Notes: generated by a model from the letters alone, not told the origin. A stretch of DNA of 64,000 nt from an uncultured Alphaproteobacteria bacterium (GCA_913048595.1 CAJWVJ010000001.1:9544-73543); one strand, 5' to 3'; shown: positions 48,104 to 58,619, counted from the first letter of the stretch. Program-made: numbers and translations.

Positions 48104-51100
48104 TTAATTTATCAGACTCGCCTCGCCCATCACCTCCCCCAGAACCGACAGCAGAAGATCGCAATCCGCGGCCCCGATGGTCAGCGGCGGCCTGATCTTC
48201 AGAACGTTGTCGTCAGGACCGTCCGTGCCGATCAGGATGCGGTGATCGCGAAGCCTGTTGCTGACATAGTCGGCAAGTGCGGTGGCCGGGGTCTTCGCGG
48301 CGCGGTCGGTGACAAGCTCCACCCCGATGAACAGGCCGCGCCCGCGCACATCACCGATGATGGGAAACCTGTCCTGAAGGGCGCGAAGCCCGTCCAGAAG
48401 CCGTTTTCCCATGACGGCGGCATTGTGCTGAAGCCCCTCATCCTCGACAATCGACAGCACCTCGGCACCGATGGCGCAGGCCAGCGTGGTGCCCCCGAAG
48501 GTCGAGAAGAATTCCATGCCGTTGGCAAAGCTGGCGGCGATCTCTTCGGTGGTGACGACCGCGCCAAGCGGGTGGCCATTGCCAAGCGGCTTGCCAAGAA
48601 CCACCATGTCCGGGGAGGCCTGCTGCGTCTCGAACCCCCAATAGGCATCCCCAAGCCGCCCAAGGCCGGTCTGCACCTCATCCGCGATGCACAGACCTCC
48701 GGCAGCCCGCACCCGTTCATAGACAGCCGCCAGATACCCGGCCGGTGGCTCGATCTGGCCGCCGACGCTGGGAAAGCTCTCGGCGATGAACCCGGCCGGC
48801 GCATGGCCGCCTTGCGCAAGCAGGCCGACGGCCCGGTCGATATCGGCGGCGTATTTCGCGCCCGCCTCCGGGTCATCATGGCCGAAGCGCCCGCGATAGG
48901 GATCGGCAAGCTCGGTGATCGCCACCCAGTCCGGCGCACCGGTCCCGCCGGGCCCGTTGAATTTAAAAGGGCTGATGTCGATGGTGCCGGTTGTATGGCC
49001 GTGATAGGCATGGTCCTGGACGATCATCCCGCGGCGGCCGCTATGAGCGCGCGCCAGACGCAGTGCCAGCTCGTTCGCCTCCGACCCAGAGGTGACGAAA
49101 TAGCAATGCGTCAGATGCGGCGGCAGCTTGGCGCGAAGCGCGTCGGCAAACCGCATTTGCAGTGGATGGATATAGCGGGTGTTGGTGTTCAGAAGCCGGC
49201 TCTGGCGTTCGATCACGGCGGCGATCCGCGGATGCGCATGGCCGACATGCGGCACGTTGTTATAGGCATCAAGGTGGGTGCGTCCATGCTGGTCATACAG
49301 ATAATGCCGCCAGCCGCGCAGAATCTGCAGCGGGCGCCGGTATGACAGCTTCAGATTCGCGCCGAACCGCGCCTTGCGGGCGGTGATCAGCGCATCCGTG
49401 TTGGCAGCGTCACAGACCAGATCATCGGGCGCCAGCCCCAGAAGATCGGCCGGGTTGGGATAAAGCGCCGCGAAATAGGCCAGATCGTCCGGATCGGCCA
49501 CCCCGGGCCAGTCATCGGCCGACGTGACATCCGGATCGGGAAGGCCTGTCGCCAGCTGAAAATGCAGATGCGGCTGCCAGCCGCCATTGACCGCCGAGGT
49601 GCCAAGCGCGGCGAACGTGTCGCCCGCGGCGATGTTGTCGCCAGCGGCCAGGCCGGCAAGGCTCTGCGGGTCGAGATGGCCGTACAGGGTGAAGAATTCA
49701 TCGCCCTCATCCGTGTGATGCCGAAGCACCACCGTGCCGCCATAATCCTGAGGATTGTCGCGGTTGATGGCGGTGACCACCCTTCCGTCCAGCGGGGCAT
49801 GGACCATGCGCCCGGCAGGGGCGAACAGATCGATACCGAGATGCATGGTGCGCCGCCCTTCGACCGCGGTCGGTGCGGTCAGATAGCCGGGGCTGGTGTA
49901 GACAAGCCGCGGTTCGAGATAATAGCCGACATGCACCTCGTCGCCGTCAAGCGCCACCGGGACAAGCCTGTCACATTCTCCAAGGGTCAGGTTGGTCGGA
50001 TCGGTCGGCAGCACCGAATCCCCGACAGCGAGGGAACAGACAGGCGCATGGGCAAGGCTCTCGCCCATCACCGGGGCCATGCTGCCGCGCTGTGCGGCAA
50101 GCCACCGGGTGACACGCGCCGCGCCCTCGACAATGTCAAGACCGGCGGCGACCCGAAGCCGCCGCGCCACCTCATCCCGGCTCCAGTGGCGCGCCACCTC
50201 AAGAAACGCCATCGCCGGGGCCTGACTGACCGTCACATAGGGATCATCGGGACGTTCGCGCGCCATCATCGCGCTGTTCACCAGCGACACGCCGAGCCGG
50301 ACCATCATCAGCGGATAGACCATGTCGATCTCGCTCGCCGACAGCGGGCAGGCGGCCACATAGCCGGCGACAAGCGATTGAAGCGCCGCCATCGGGCGCG
50401 GCTTGTCGAGGACCATATAGGCCGCCGCCGTCGCCAGATCACAGACATGCGGGGCCCTGACCATGTCACCGAAATCAATCACCCCGGTCAGGGACGGAAC
50501 GTCAAGCGACGGCCTGACAAGAAGGTTGTAATCATTGCCGTCGCAATGAATGGCGTGGTGGTCCAGTTCTAATAATTCACTTTCAAGTTCAGTTTCAAAT
50601 ACCTCAAAATATTCATTAATAATATCTTTAATATCTTCATCCAAAATCTCAACACCATGCGGCAACGCCCAGTGTGGGCGAAGCGGGTGCCATTTGAAAT
50701 CCCGCGACAGCGCCGGATGGTCGAACCCCTCCAGCGCGGCGGTGATCGTGCCGAGCGTGGTGCCGATCTGGTGCAGCAGCGCGGGCGGGTGCGGGCGCAT
50801 CGCGCCAAGTGGCATGCCGGCGAGACCGGTGATCACCCAGGCAATCCGGTCATCGCCGGACGGGCCCGACACCACCGCACTGGCCGCGCCGTCATGGCGG
50901 AGAATGACAGCCGGCACCGGCAGGTCGCTCGCCGCCCCTGCGAGATGGTCAAGCGCCACCACCTGCATGTCGACCAGCCCCGGCGCACAGTCCGGCCGCA
51001 TGATCTTCAGCACTGCCAGAAGCGCGCCATCGCCCGTCACGGCGATGTTCAGGTCGAACTCGCCATCCAGCGCGGCGAGCTCGCCGCTGATGCCGTAATG

Positions 51101-51148
51101 CGTCTCCAGATAGTCTTTCCAGAACCGGCTTTCCTGATCGGACCACAT
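48104..51148 (-). CDS. Three-domain protein: APH-like kinase, M23 peptidase-like domain, class-III aminotransferase/phospho-lyase
   Basis: IHCDGNDYN...IDFGD (kinase); HLGIDLF...YGHL...PHLHFQ (M23); [30 protein letters not shown] (PLP). Confidence 0.9.
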   Translation of the reverse strand: MWSDQESRFWKDYLETHYGISGELAALDGEFDLNIAVTGDGALLAVLKIMRPDCAPGLVDMQVVALDHLAGAASDLPVPAVILRHDGAASAVVSGPSGDDRIAWVITGLAGMPLGAMRPHPPALLHQIGTTLGTITAALEGFDHPALSRDFKWHPLRPHWALPHGVEILDEDIKDIINEYFEVFETELESELLELDHHAIHCDGNDYNLLVRPSLDVPSLTGVIDFGDMVRAPHVCDLATAAAYMVLDKPRPMAALQSLVAGYVAACPLSASEIDMVYPLMMVRLGVSLVNSAMMARERPDDPYVTVSQAPAMAFLEVARHWSRDEVARRLRVAAGLDIVEGAARVTRWLAAQRGSMAPVMGESLAHAPVCSLAVGDSVLPTDPTNLTLGECDRLVPVALDGDEVHVGYYLEPRLVYTSPGYLTAPTAVEGRRTMHLGIDLFAPAGRMVHAPLDGRVVTAINRDNPQDYGGTVVLRHHTDEGDEFFTLYGHLDPQSLAGLAAGDNIAAGDTFAALGTSAVNGGWQPHLHFQLATGLPDPDVTSADDWPGVADPDDLAYFAALYPNPADLLGLAPDDLVCDAANTDALITARKARFGANLKLSYRRPLQILRGWRHYLYDQHGRTHLDAYNNVPHVGHAHPRIAAVIERQSRLLNTNTRYIHPLQMRFADALRAKLPPHLTHCYFVTSGSEANELALRLARAHSGRRGMIVQDHAYHGHTTGTIDISPFKFNGPGGTGAPDWVAITELADPYRGRFGHDDPEAGAKYAADIDRAVGLLAQGGHAPAGFIAESFPSVGGQIEPPAGYLAAVYERVRAAGGLCIADEVQTGLGRLGDAYWGFETQQASPDMVVLGKPLGNGHPLGAVVTTEEIAASFANGMEFFSTFGGTTLACAIGAEVLSIVEDEGLQHNAAVMGKRLLDGLRALQDRFPIIGDVRGRGLFIGVELVTDRAAKTPATALADYVSNRLRDHRILIGTDGPDDNVLKIRPPLTIGAADCDLLLSVLGEVMGEASLIN

Positions 51149-51296
51149 GAACCTCTCCCCGTCACACCGGCATCCTATCGCGCGCGGCATGAAGGTCAAA
51201 GGGGGCCGGCAGGTGATCCCCCCTTCACATATGCGGCGCGCGCCCCCATTTCTCGGTCACGGACGGCAGCCGCCGTTTTCTGCGAAGGAAGGTTCC

Positions 51297-52046
51297 ATGC
51301 CGCATTACCTTATCACCGGGGCGAGTTCCGGGATCGGTGCCGCCCTTGCCACCGCGCTGTTGCGAAGGGGCGATTCCGTCACCGCGCTGGCCCGCCGCAA
51401 GGACCGGCTGGATTTGCTTGCCGCCGGCAAGGGAAGGCTTCACCCGGCCTCCTGCGATGTCACCGACGCCGGCGCCACCGCCGCCGCCATTGACGAGGCG
51501 ACCGGCGCCCTCGGACCTGTAGACTGTGCCATCCTCAATGCCGGCATGTACGAGCCGCAGGACACCACGAAGATCGACCCCGCCGCCTATGCCCGCCACA
51601 TGGATGTGAACTATATGGGGGTGGTGAACGCCCTTCCCCGCCTGATCGACGGCATGCTGGCGCGGGGCACCGGCCAGATCGCCATCGTCTCGTCGGTGGC
51701 GGGATGGCGCGGGCTGCCAAAGGCGGCCGCCTACGGCCCGACCAAGGCGGCGCTGATCTCGCTTGCCGAATCCATGACCTTCGACCTTGCCCCGCGCGGC
51801 ATCGATGTGAAGGTGATCTGTCCCGGCTTCGTGAAGACGGAATCCACGGCCGTGAATGATTACGACATGCCCGGGCTGATCAGCGCCGATACCGCCGCTA
51901 TCGAGATCATCCGCGGCTTGCGAAGCAACCAGTTCGTGATCCAGTTCCCGAAACATTTCACGCGCAAGATGGGCCTGCTGCGCTGGCTTCCCGACCGCAC
52001 CTTCTTCAGGACGGTCGGTGCCCGCACCGGTTTTCCCCAGCCCTGA
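51297..52046 (+). CDS. Short-chain dehydrogenase/reductase
   Basis: ITGASSGIG, LNAG, SSVAG, YGPTK, PGFV. Confidence 0.92.
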   Translation: MPHYLITGASSGIGAALATALLRRGDSVTALARRKDRLDLLAAGKGRLHPASCDVTDAGATAAAIDEATGALGPVDCAILNAGMYEPQDTTKIDPAAYARHMDVNYMGVVNALPRLIDGMLARGTGQIAIVSSVAGWRGLPKAAAYGPTKAALISLAESMTFDLAPRGIDVKVICPGFVKTESTAVNDYDMPGLISADTAAIEIIRGLRSNQFVIQFPKHFTRKMGLLRWLPDRTFFRTVGARTGFPQP

Positions 52047-52068
52047 CAGCCCAGACGCCGACGCCGCC

Positions 52069-52542
52069 ATGACCCCGCCCGAGATCATCACCCGATATGC
52101 CGACGCCTTCGCCGCGCTGTCACCGGACAATATGGATGACCTGCTGGCCACCGTCTCGCCGGATGTGCGGTTCGTCGATCCTTTCAATGACGTGACAGGC
52201 CATGACGGGTTCCGCGCCATCTTCACCCATATGTTCGAGACCTGCGAGGAACCGCGCTTCCACATCATCGACATCGCCTCGTCCGCCGGCCCGTCAGATG
52301 GCCCGGCGGGCGACAGGCGCGCCTATCTCCGGTGGCGGATGAGCGGTCGCGTCAGGGGCTGGCCGCACACCGAGCTGAACCTGCAAGGCATGAGCGAGGT
52401 GCATGTCGGCGAAGACGGGCTGATCTGCCGTCATATCGACCATTGGGACAGCGCCAGCCAGCTTCTGGCGCGGCTTCCAGTCATCGGCGCGATGATCAGG
52501 CCGGTTCTGCGGCTGTTCCGGGTCAGATCGGGCGGAAGGTAA
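52069..52542 (+). CDS. SnoaL/NTF2-like protein
   Basis: DVRFVDPFN, IFTHMF, HIDHWD...LPVIG. Confidence 0.85.
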   Translation: MTPPEIITRYADAFAALSPDNMDDLLATVSPDVRFVDPFNDVTGHDGFRAIFTHMFETCEEPRFHIIDIASSAGPSDGPAGDRRAYLRWRMSGRVRGWPHTELNLQGMSEVHVGEDGLICRHIDHWDSASQLLARLPVIGAMIRPVLRLFRVRSGGR

Positions 52543-52981
52543 GAAGCACCTCGCCAAGACGCAGCCCCGCCTTCGACACGGTGGCGCGGTTGACCATCAC
52601 GCCGCCACCCTGAAGCACCATCACATCGTCGAACCGCACCTTCACCTTGCGGCCATACATCACCAGCCGGAAGTCGTAGCGCCAGCTCAGCATGTTGTCG
52701 GTGCATTTGCCGACGGCCACCCCGACCACATCGTCACATTCGCCGCGATACCGCCCCTCGCCAAGCGCCGTCACCACCCAGCGGCGGGTCTCGCGCTCGC
52801 CGTCATCATAGAGAAAATCCTCGTCAAGGATGAACCCGTCGCTTGTGCGGGTTCCCTTGACCTCGACATTGAACTGGCGGCGAATGGTGCCGAACCGGTC
52901 GACGAACACCCCGTAAGCGTCGAGACGCTGCGCAAAATATTCCTCTGGCAGAAAGCGCGGAATGGCCATCCCGCCGCTCAT
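52523..52981 (-). CDS. DUF3833-family protein
   Basis: EEYF...AYGVFVDRFG...RQF...LDEDFLYDDG...RRW...FDD.M...NRA.VSK.G. Start MSGG overlaps the upstream stop. Confidence 0.85.
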   Translation of the reverse strand: MSGGMAIPRFLPEEYFAQRLDAYGVFVDRFGTIRRQFNVEVKGTRTSDGFILDEDFLYDDGERETRRWVVTALGEGRYRGECDDVVGVAVGKCTDNMLSWRYDFRLVMYGRKVKVRFDDVMVLQGGGVMVNRATVSKAGLRLGEVLLTFRPI

Positions 52982-54180
52982 TTGGCGTGCGGGCTGTTGT
53001 GCATGAACAGCAGCTGCTTCACATCGATCATGCCAGCGCGGAACCCACCCTCGCAGTAGGACAGGTACAGCTCCCACATACGCTTGAAACGAGCATCGAA
53101 CTTGTCGGTCGCAAGGTTTGGCCAGGCGGCCTGGAACCGGTCCCGCCACTCGGCAAGAGTGCGGGCATAATGAAGACCGAAACCGTTGGCCTCGACCAGT
53201 TTCAGGCCGGCATCGGCAACCGGGCGCTCCAGCCGCGGCATCGACGGCAGCATGCCGCCCGGGAAGATATAGCGCTGAATGAAGTCCGGTTCGCGGACAT
53301 AGTCGTCGAACGCGTCTTCCTCGATGGTGATGGCCTGAAGCGCGGCCCGCCCGCCATCTTTCAGAAGCGCGGAAACGGATTCGAAATAGGTGGGCCAATA
53401 GGCCTGCCCGACCGCCTCGAACATCTCGATGGAGACGATCTTGTCAAACCGGCCCCTGAGGTCGCGATAGTCGGTCAGCTTAACCTCGGCGCGGTCGGCG
53501 AGGCCGGCATCGGCAAGCCGCCGGCGCGCGAAATCATGCTGCTCCTTCGAGATGGTGATGCCGGTGACGCGCGCGCCGCGCTCTTCGACGGCGTATTTGG
53601 CAAATCCGCCCCAGCCGCAGCCGATTTCCAGCACATGGTCGCCCGGCTGGATATCGGCGAGATCGGCGAGATGGCGGTACTTGTTCTTCTGCGCGGTGCT
53701 CAGGTCATCGGTCTCGTGGTCATAGACAGCAGATGAATAGGTCATCGTGCTGTCCAGCCAGGCGGCGTAGAAGTCGTTTCCGAGGTCGTAATGATAGGAG
53801 ATATTGCGGGCCGAGCCGGACTTGCTGTTGCGGCGCAGGCCGTGGAACAGCCGCAGGCTGATCCGGCGCCAGACATTCGCCGCCATCGCATGGGTCAGCA
53901 TCTCGTCATGCAGCACCGCAAGCTCGATCAGACCGGCCATCGAACTGCTCTCGACCTCGCCATCCATCACCGCTTCGCAGAATCCCATCTTGCCGTCGGT
54001 CAGCATGCGCGAGACAGCCGTCATGGAATGGAGCGTGACATCGGCCGCCGGCCCCGGCGCGGCGCCCCGGAAATCACGGCTGGTCCCGTCGGGAAGCGTC
54101 ACCTTCAGTGAACCGAACTGAAGTCTCGAGAAGATCGCGAAAAGAAGATCAAGCTTTCGCCGCTGAATGAAACCAGCCAT
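52978..54180 (-). CDS. Cfa-family SAM-dependent fatty-acyl methyltransferase (UfaM-like)
   Basis: NISYHYDLGNDFY, MTYSS, LEIGCGWG, SIEMFEAVG, FIQRYIFPGG, YLSYC. Confidence 0.9.
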   Translation of the reverse strand: MAGFIQRRKLDLLFAIFSRLQFGSLKVTLPDGTSRDFRGAAPGPAADVTLHSMTAVSRMLTDGKMGFCEAVMDGEVESSSMAGLIELAVLHDEMLTHAMAANVWRRISLRLFHGLRRNSKSGSARNISYHYDLGNDFYAAWLDSTMTYSSAVYDHETDDLSTAQKNKYRHLADLADIQPGDHVLEIGCGWGGFAKYAVEERGARVTGITISKEQHDFARRRLADAGLADRAEVKLTDYRDLRGRFDKIVSIEMFEAVGQAYWPTYFESVSALLKDGGRAALQAITIEEDAFDDYVREPDFIQRYIFPGGMLPSMPRLERPVADAGLKLVEANGFGLHYARTLAEWRDRFQAAWPNLATDKFDARFKRMWELYLSYCEGGFRAGMIDVKQLLFMHNSPHAK

Positions 54181-54230
54181 TCCTGCCTTACCCGTCGCCT
54201 GCACCGGCACCATGCGCCAATTACATACCT

Positions 54231-55022
54231 CTATTGTCCGCCGGTATCGCGCGCCCGTGACCAGGGCTGGGGCGGCGCCGGCCGGCCATGGAACGGCACC
54301 TTCTTCAACCAGAGGCGCGCTGCCTCGACATGGATCGAAACAAGCGGCCTGAGTGGCCATTGCCCGGTCGCCAGAAGCGCGCGAACCACTGACATAGTAG
54401 TAAGCCTTTCCCGCGAGCCGCGCAATGTCGCGGTCAGCCTTGCCGTGCCATTTGCGGAATACCGCATCAGCACCCGCACCCGGTCGCGTTCCGGCGGGGC
54501 GCTGACGCGAAGCCTGTAGGCCCCGTCGACCGGAAAGAAGGGCGAGACATGGAAAATCTTCGTTGCCTCAAGGGTGGTCTCCCTACCGTCGGCGCGCCCG
54601 ATATAGGAATGCATGTCGCCGAATGTGTTGCGGACCTCATAGATATAGACACGATCCGCCCCTGCCTCGTCCCGCATCACATAGACCGACACCGGGTTGA
54701 AGGCGACCCCGAGGATTCGCGGGAAGGTCAGAAGATGAACCGAGGCGATCCGGATTCCAGGGCATATCTCGGCCGCCAGGTCGCGGGCATAGTCTGCCAG
54801 CGGCACCACCGGCTCCGACCGCCGGAAGTTCGGGCCATAATCCGCCTGCCGGAAGGACAGCAGGTTGAATCCGTCCACCGAAAACAGCGCCGACTGTTCC
54901 TGCGCCGCGTCAAGCTGGTCAAGATCGATCCAGATCGACAGACCGCTGCGGGACAGGAAATGTGATGGCGTGCCATGCCGCGTGTGATCAATCTTCGAGC
55001 GCACAAGCTGGCAGGCTGGCAT
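54231..55022 (-). CDS. DUF1365-family protein (UfaO-like)
   Basis: HTR, PRILGVAFNPVS, YEVRNTFG..HSY, KIFHVSPF, IHVEA.RLWLK. Confidence 0.88.
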   Translation of the reverse strand: MPACQLVRSKIDHTRHGTPSHFLSRSGLSIWIDLDQLDAAQEQSALFSVDGFNLLSFRQADYGPNFRRSEPVVPLADYARDLAAEICPGIRIASVHLLTFPRILGVAFNPVSVYVMRDEAGADRVYIYEVRNTFGDMHSYIGRADGRETTLEATKIFHVSPFFPVDGAYRLRVSAPPERDRVRVLMRYSANGTARLTATLRGSRERLTTMSVVRALLATGQWPLRPLVSIHVEAARLWLKKVPFHGRPAPPQPWSRARDTGGQ

Positions 55023-56335
55023 CAGGCAATCTCGCGGTCATCCGGCGGCGGCAGAAGATAGGGCCTGACCTGCGTGTCCCAGGGGATTTCGGCGCCAAGC
55101 GTGCGGGCCACGGCAATGGCGGATTTCAGTCCGTCCTCATGGAAGCCGTGGCCAGTCCAGGCCCCGGCGAAGAACAGATCGCCGCTCCCCTGAATTGCGG
55201 GAAGACGCTGCTGGCCCTGAACCGCCCTTTCGTCGAACATCGGGTGGTCATAGCTGTAGATGCCATGGACAAGCGCCGGGTCGGGCTCGCGATGCGGGTT
55301 CAATGTCTCAAAAAGCGGATAGGCATTGTCGATGGATTGCAGCCTGTTCATCCAGTAGGTCAGACAGAGTGAATCTCCGGCACCGTCGCTGCCGATATAG
55401 TTCCAGGACCCCCAGGCACCGCGCCGTTTCGGCATCAGGCTCGGGTCCGAATGAAGAACCGCCCGGTTCGGCTGAAAACGGAAGCTGGAGAGAATGTCGC
55501 GCTCCAGCGGCGTGGCGTCGCTGATCATGGCAAGCGACTGGTCCGCATGCGCGGCCATCACCACCTTGTCGAACCAGACATCACCCTCGCCCCGGATGGA
55601 CAGGATGACCCCACCCTGATCGCGCCGGATGCCGGTGATGTGCGTGTCGAGGTGAACGCGGCCACCCTGCATTCCGCCAAGGCTGTCGACGACGCGAGTC
55701 ACATATTCCCGCGACCCGCCCTTCACGGTGCGCCAGCGCGGCCGTTCAATGAAGTTCAGAAGCTTGTGGTTTTCCATGAACTGCAGGAAGGACCGAACCG
55801 GGTAATCCAGCATCGTCTGCGCCGAACAGGACCAGATCGCCGCGCCCATCGGCAGCAGGTGATCTTCGACGAAGGCGGTAGCGTAGCTTTCACGGCTAAG
55901 GAACTGGGCAAGCGATTCATCGCGCGGGCCGGAGAAGGCCTTGCGATAGCCGGTGCGGTAGAAACGCACCAGATCCGACAGCATCGCCCAGTAGCGCGAG
56001 CGCAGCAGATTGCCGGGCTGCGCGACAAACCCGGTCAGCGAGCCTTCATATTCACAGTCACCTTCGCGAAGGGATACGGCGAAGCTCATGTCGCTTTCGA
56101 TCCACGGCACATCGAGCCGTTCGAACATCGACACCAGGTTCGGATAGTTCAGCGGATTGAAGACGATGAAGCCGGTATCGACCGGCACCTTGACACCGTT
56201 GAAATCAGCCTCGACCGTATGGCTGTGACCGCCAACACGCGTATCCCGCTCGAACAGGTGGACTTCGGCTTGAGGATGAAGAAGATAGGCGGATGCCAGG
56301 CCTGAAATGCCTGACCCGATTACTGCAATACGCAT
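55022..56335 (-). CDS. FAD-dependent amine-oxidase-family oxidoreductase (UfaD-like)
   Basis: IAVIGSGISG, GGHSHT, VDTGFIVFN..NYPN, MSFAVS, WNY, YDHP, GFHEDG. Confidence 0.88.
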   Translation of the reverse strand: MRIAVIGSGISGLASAYLLHPQAEVHLFERDTRVGGHSHTVEADFNGVKVPVDTGFIVFNPLNYPNLVSMFERLDVPWIESDMSFAVSLREGDCEYEGSLTGFVAQPGNLLRSRYWAMLSDLVRFYRTGYRKAFSGPRDESLAQFLSRESYATAFVEDHLLPMGAAIWSCSAQTMLDYPVRSFLQFMENHKLLNFIERPRWRTVKGGSREYVTRVVDSLGGMQGGRVHLDTHITGIRRDQGGVILSIRGEGDVWFDKVVMAAHADQSLAMISDATPLERDILSSFRFQPNRAVLHSDPSLMPKRRGAWGSWNYIGSDGAGDSLCLTYWMNRLQSIDNAYPLFETLNPHREPDPALVHGIYSYDHPMFDERAVQGQQRLPAIQGSGDLFFAGAWTGHGFHEDGLKSAIAVARTLGAEIPWDTQVRPYLLPPPDDREIA

Positions 56336-56450
56336 GGCCCTTCCCAGCAACTTGGCTGCGACCCACGGGCACCTGCGGGGTACAGACAGAAACAACTCCC
56401 CTTAGATATAGGGACTAACTCCCGGTTTCAACATCCTAAATTGCGATTGC

Positions 56451-56486
56451 CAGTGAATTTCACGGTGAATTTGACAATGAATTCTC
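56451..56486. repeat. Three imperfect 12-bp direct repeats with core TGAATT
   Basis: CAGTGAATTTCA / CGGTGAATTTGA / CAATGAATTCTC. TGAATT occurs at 56454, 56466 and 56478. Confidence 0.75.
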
Positions 56487-56501
56487 AGGGAACAGGCCAC
56501 C

Positions 56502-57497
56502 ATGATTTCCAGCTTCGGCAAAACACCAGAAGATGAACAGGTTGTCGCGGGCCGGATATCCGCCCATGGGCTCAGCGCCACCATCCTGACCTGGGGCGCC
56601 GCCCTGCAGGATCTGCGGCTGGACTCCACCGGCAGGCCGCTGGTGCTCGGCTTCACATCGCTTCATGACTATCTGGCGCATGGCATGTATCACGGGGCAA
56701 CCGTCGGCCGAGTCATCAACCGCATCGGCGGGGCGTCAGCCCCGATCGGCGGCACCGCCTGCCGGTTCGACTGCAATGATCCGGGCGGCCATACGCTGCA
56801 TGGCGGGCGCGCCGGCTATGCGGCGCGCAACTGGCAGATGACCGATCATCAGGCTGGCGAGATCACCTTCGGGCTGACGGACCCGCACGGGTCGATGGGG
56901 TTTCCAGGCACGGTGACGGCAAACTGCCGCTACAGCCTTGTGAGCCGCGACGGCGCGCCGACGCTTCGCATCGAGCTTCGTGCCCGGACAGATGCGCCGA
57001 CCCTCGTCAATCTCGGGCATCACAGCTATTTCTGCCTTGATGACAGTGGCGATATCCGCGGCCATGACCTTCGGATCGATGCCGACCGTTACCTCGCCGC
57101 CGACGCCACCTCTCTGCCCACCGGGGTGATTGAACAGGTGGATGGCAGCAGGTTCGACTTTCGCCTGCGGCGTCGCGTCGCCGGCAGCTATGACCATAAT
57201 TTCTGCCTTGCCGACGCGCGACGCGGCCTGACCCCGGTGGCCTGGCTGGACTCGCCCCGCTCGGGGCTGTCGATGCGGGTCAGCACCACCGAACCCGGTC
57301 TGCAGCTCTACACAGGACAGGGACTGACGGATGGTGGCAGCGGCCATGACGGGCATGCCACCGGTCCCTACGCCGGCATCTGCCTTGAGCCACAATGCTG
57401 GCCGGATGCGCCGAACAACGCGGCATTTCCGTCGATTGACCTGCGTGCCGGCGACAGCTACCAACAGATTAGTGAATTTTCCTTCCCCCACGGCTGA
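56502..57497 (+). CDS. galM: Aldose 1-epimerase (GalM family)
   Basis: GATVGRVINRI, LHGG, GFPG, NLGHHSYF, YDHNF, LQLYTG, CLEPQ.WPD. Confidence 0.85.
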   Translation: MISSFGKTPEDEQVVAGRISAHGLSATILTWGAALQDLRLDSTGRPLVLGFTSLHDYLAHGMYHGATVGRVINRIGGASAPIGGTACRFDCNDPGGHTLHGGRAGYAARNWQMTDHQAGEITFGLTDPHGSMGFPGTVTANCRYSLVSRDGAPTLRIELRARTDAPTLVNLGHHSYFCLDDSGDIRGHDLRIDADRYLAADATSLPTGVIEQVDGSRFDFRLRRRVAGSYDHNFCLADARRGLTPVAWLDSPRSGLSMRVSTTEPGLQLYTGQGLTDGGSGHDGHATGPYAGICLEPQCWPDAPNNAAFPSIDLRAGDSYQQISEFSFPHG

Positions 57498-57539
57498 CCC
57501 GAATCCCCGGGCTCTGCCCGAACCGACGAGACCATTTCC

Positions 57540-58586
57540 GTGATCTACAAACAGCTTGGCCGCACCGACCTCAATGTCAGCCTTCTCTGCCTCGGCTCGA
57601 TGACCTGGGGAACCCAGAACACCCCGCAGGAGGGCCATGCGCAGATCGACATGGTGCTGGACCACGGGATCAATTTCATCGATACGGCGGAAATCTACCC
57701 GACCACCCCTCTAAGCAAGGAAACGCAAGGCGAGACCGAACGCATCATCGGGCAATGGGTGGAGGCATCAGGGCGGCGGAGTGAGGTGATCCTCGCCACC
57801 AAGGTGGCGGGCGAAGGCTATCGCAATGTGCGTGACGGCGCGCCGATCTCGCCGGCGACAATCCGCATCGCGCTTGAGGAATCGCTGCGCGCCATGCGAA
57901 CCGACTACATCGATCTCTATCAGCTTCACTGGCCGAACCGCGGATCCTACATGTTTCGCAAGAACTGGCTCTATGACCCGACGGGCCAGGACCGGGACGC
58001 CACGCTGACCCATATGGCCGAGGTCCTTGAGTGCCTGGAGTCCTTCCGCCGGGAAGGCAAGGTCCGCCATGTCGGCCTGTCGAATGAAAGCGCCTGGGGA
58101 ACTGCCCAGTGGCTGCGGTTTTCCGAGGATGGCGCGCTGCCGCGCATCGCCTCGATCCAGAATGAATATTCGCTTCTCTGCCGCCTGTTCGACACCGACC
58201 TTGCCGAACTGGCGCATAACGAGGATGTCGGGCTTCTTGCCTTTTCGCCGCTTGCCTGCGGGCTTCTCACACGAAAATACAGCGCCGGCAAAAACGCGCC
58301 GGCGGGATCGCGCATGAGCATCACATCCGATCTTGGCGGGCGGATCACGCCACGGGTCTGGCCTGCCATCGACGCCTACGCGAAGATCGCCGACGATCAT
58401 GGCCTCGACCTTGGGCAGATGGCGCTTGCCTGGGCGATGACACGACCTTTCATGGGATCGGTGATTTTCGGGGCCACTTCGCTGCCGCAGCTTGAATCAG
58501 CGATCGCCTCGGCCGACCTGACCCTGTCTGACGAGGTGATGGCCAGCATAGACGCGGCGCACAAAGCCCATCCCATGCCCTATTGA
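57540..58586 (+). CDS. Aldo/keto reductase (Tas-like)
   Basis: LCLGSMTWG, FIDTAEIY, IDLYQLHWP, GLSNE, IQNEYSLL. Confidence 0.92.
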   Translation: MIYKQLGRTDLNVSLLCLGSMTWGTQNTPQEGHAQIDMVLDHGINFIDTAEIYPTTPLSKETQGETERIIGQWVEASGRRSEVILATKVAGEGYRNVRDGAPISPATIRIALEESLRAMRTDYIDLYQLHWPNRGSYMFRKNWLYDPTGQDRDATLTHMAEVLECLESFRREGKVRHVGLSNESAWGTAQWLRFSEDGALPRIASIQNEYSLLCRLFDTDLAELAHNEDVGLLAFSPLACGLLTRKYSAGKNAPAGSRMSITSDLGGRITPRVWPAIDAYAKIADDHGLDLGQMALAWAMTRPFMGSVIFGATSLPQLESAIASADLTLSDEVMASIDAAHKAHPMPY

Positions 58587-58619
58587 CCGGCGCACAGACA
58601 AACAGCACTCCAGAGGATC

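Noticed and set aside
51214-51240. RpoE-type promoter (TGATCC) upstream of the SDR gene
   Set aside because: No matching -10 element (CGTA-like) at the expected spacing, and none was seen upstream of the ufaD-like gene.
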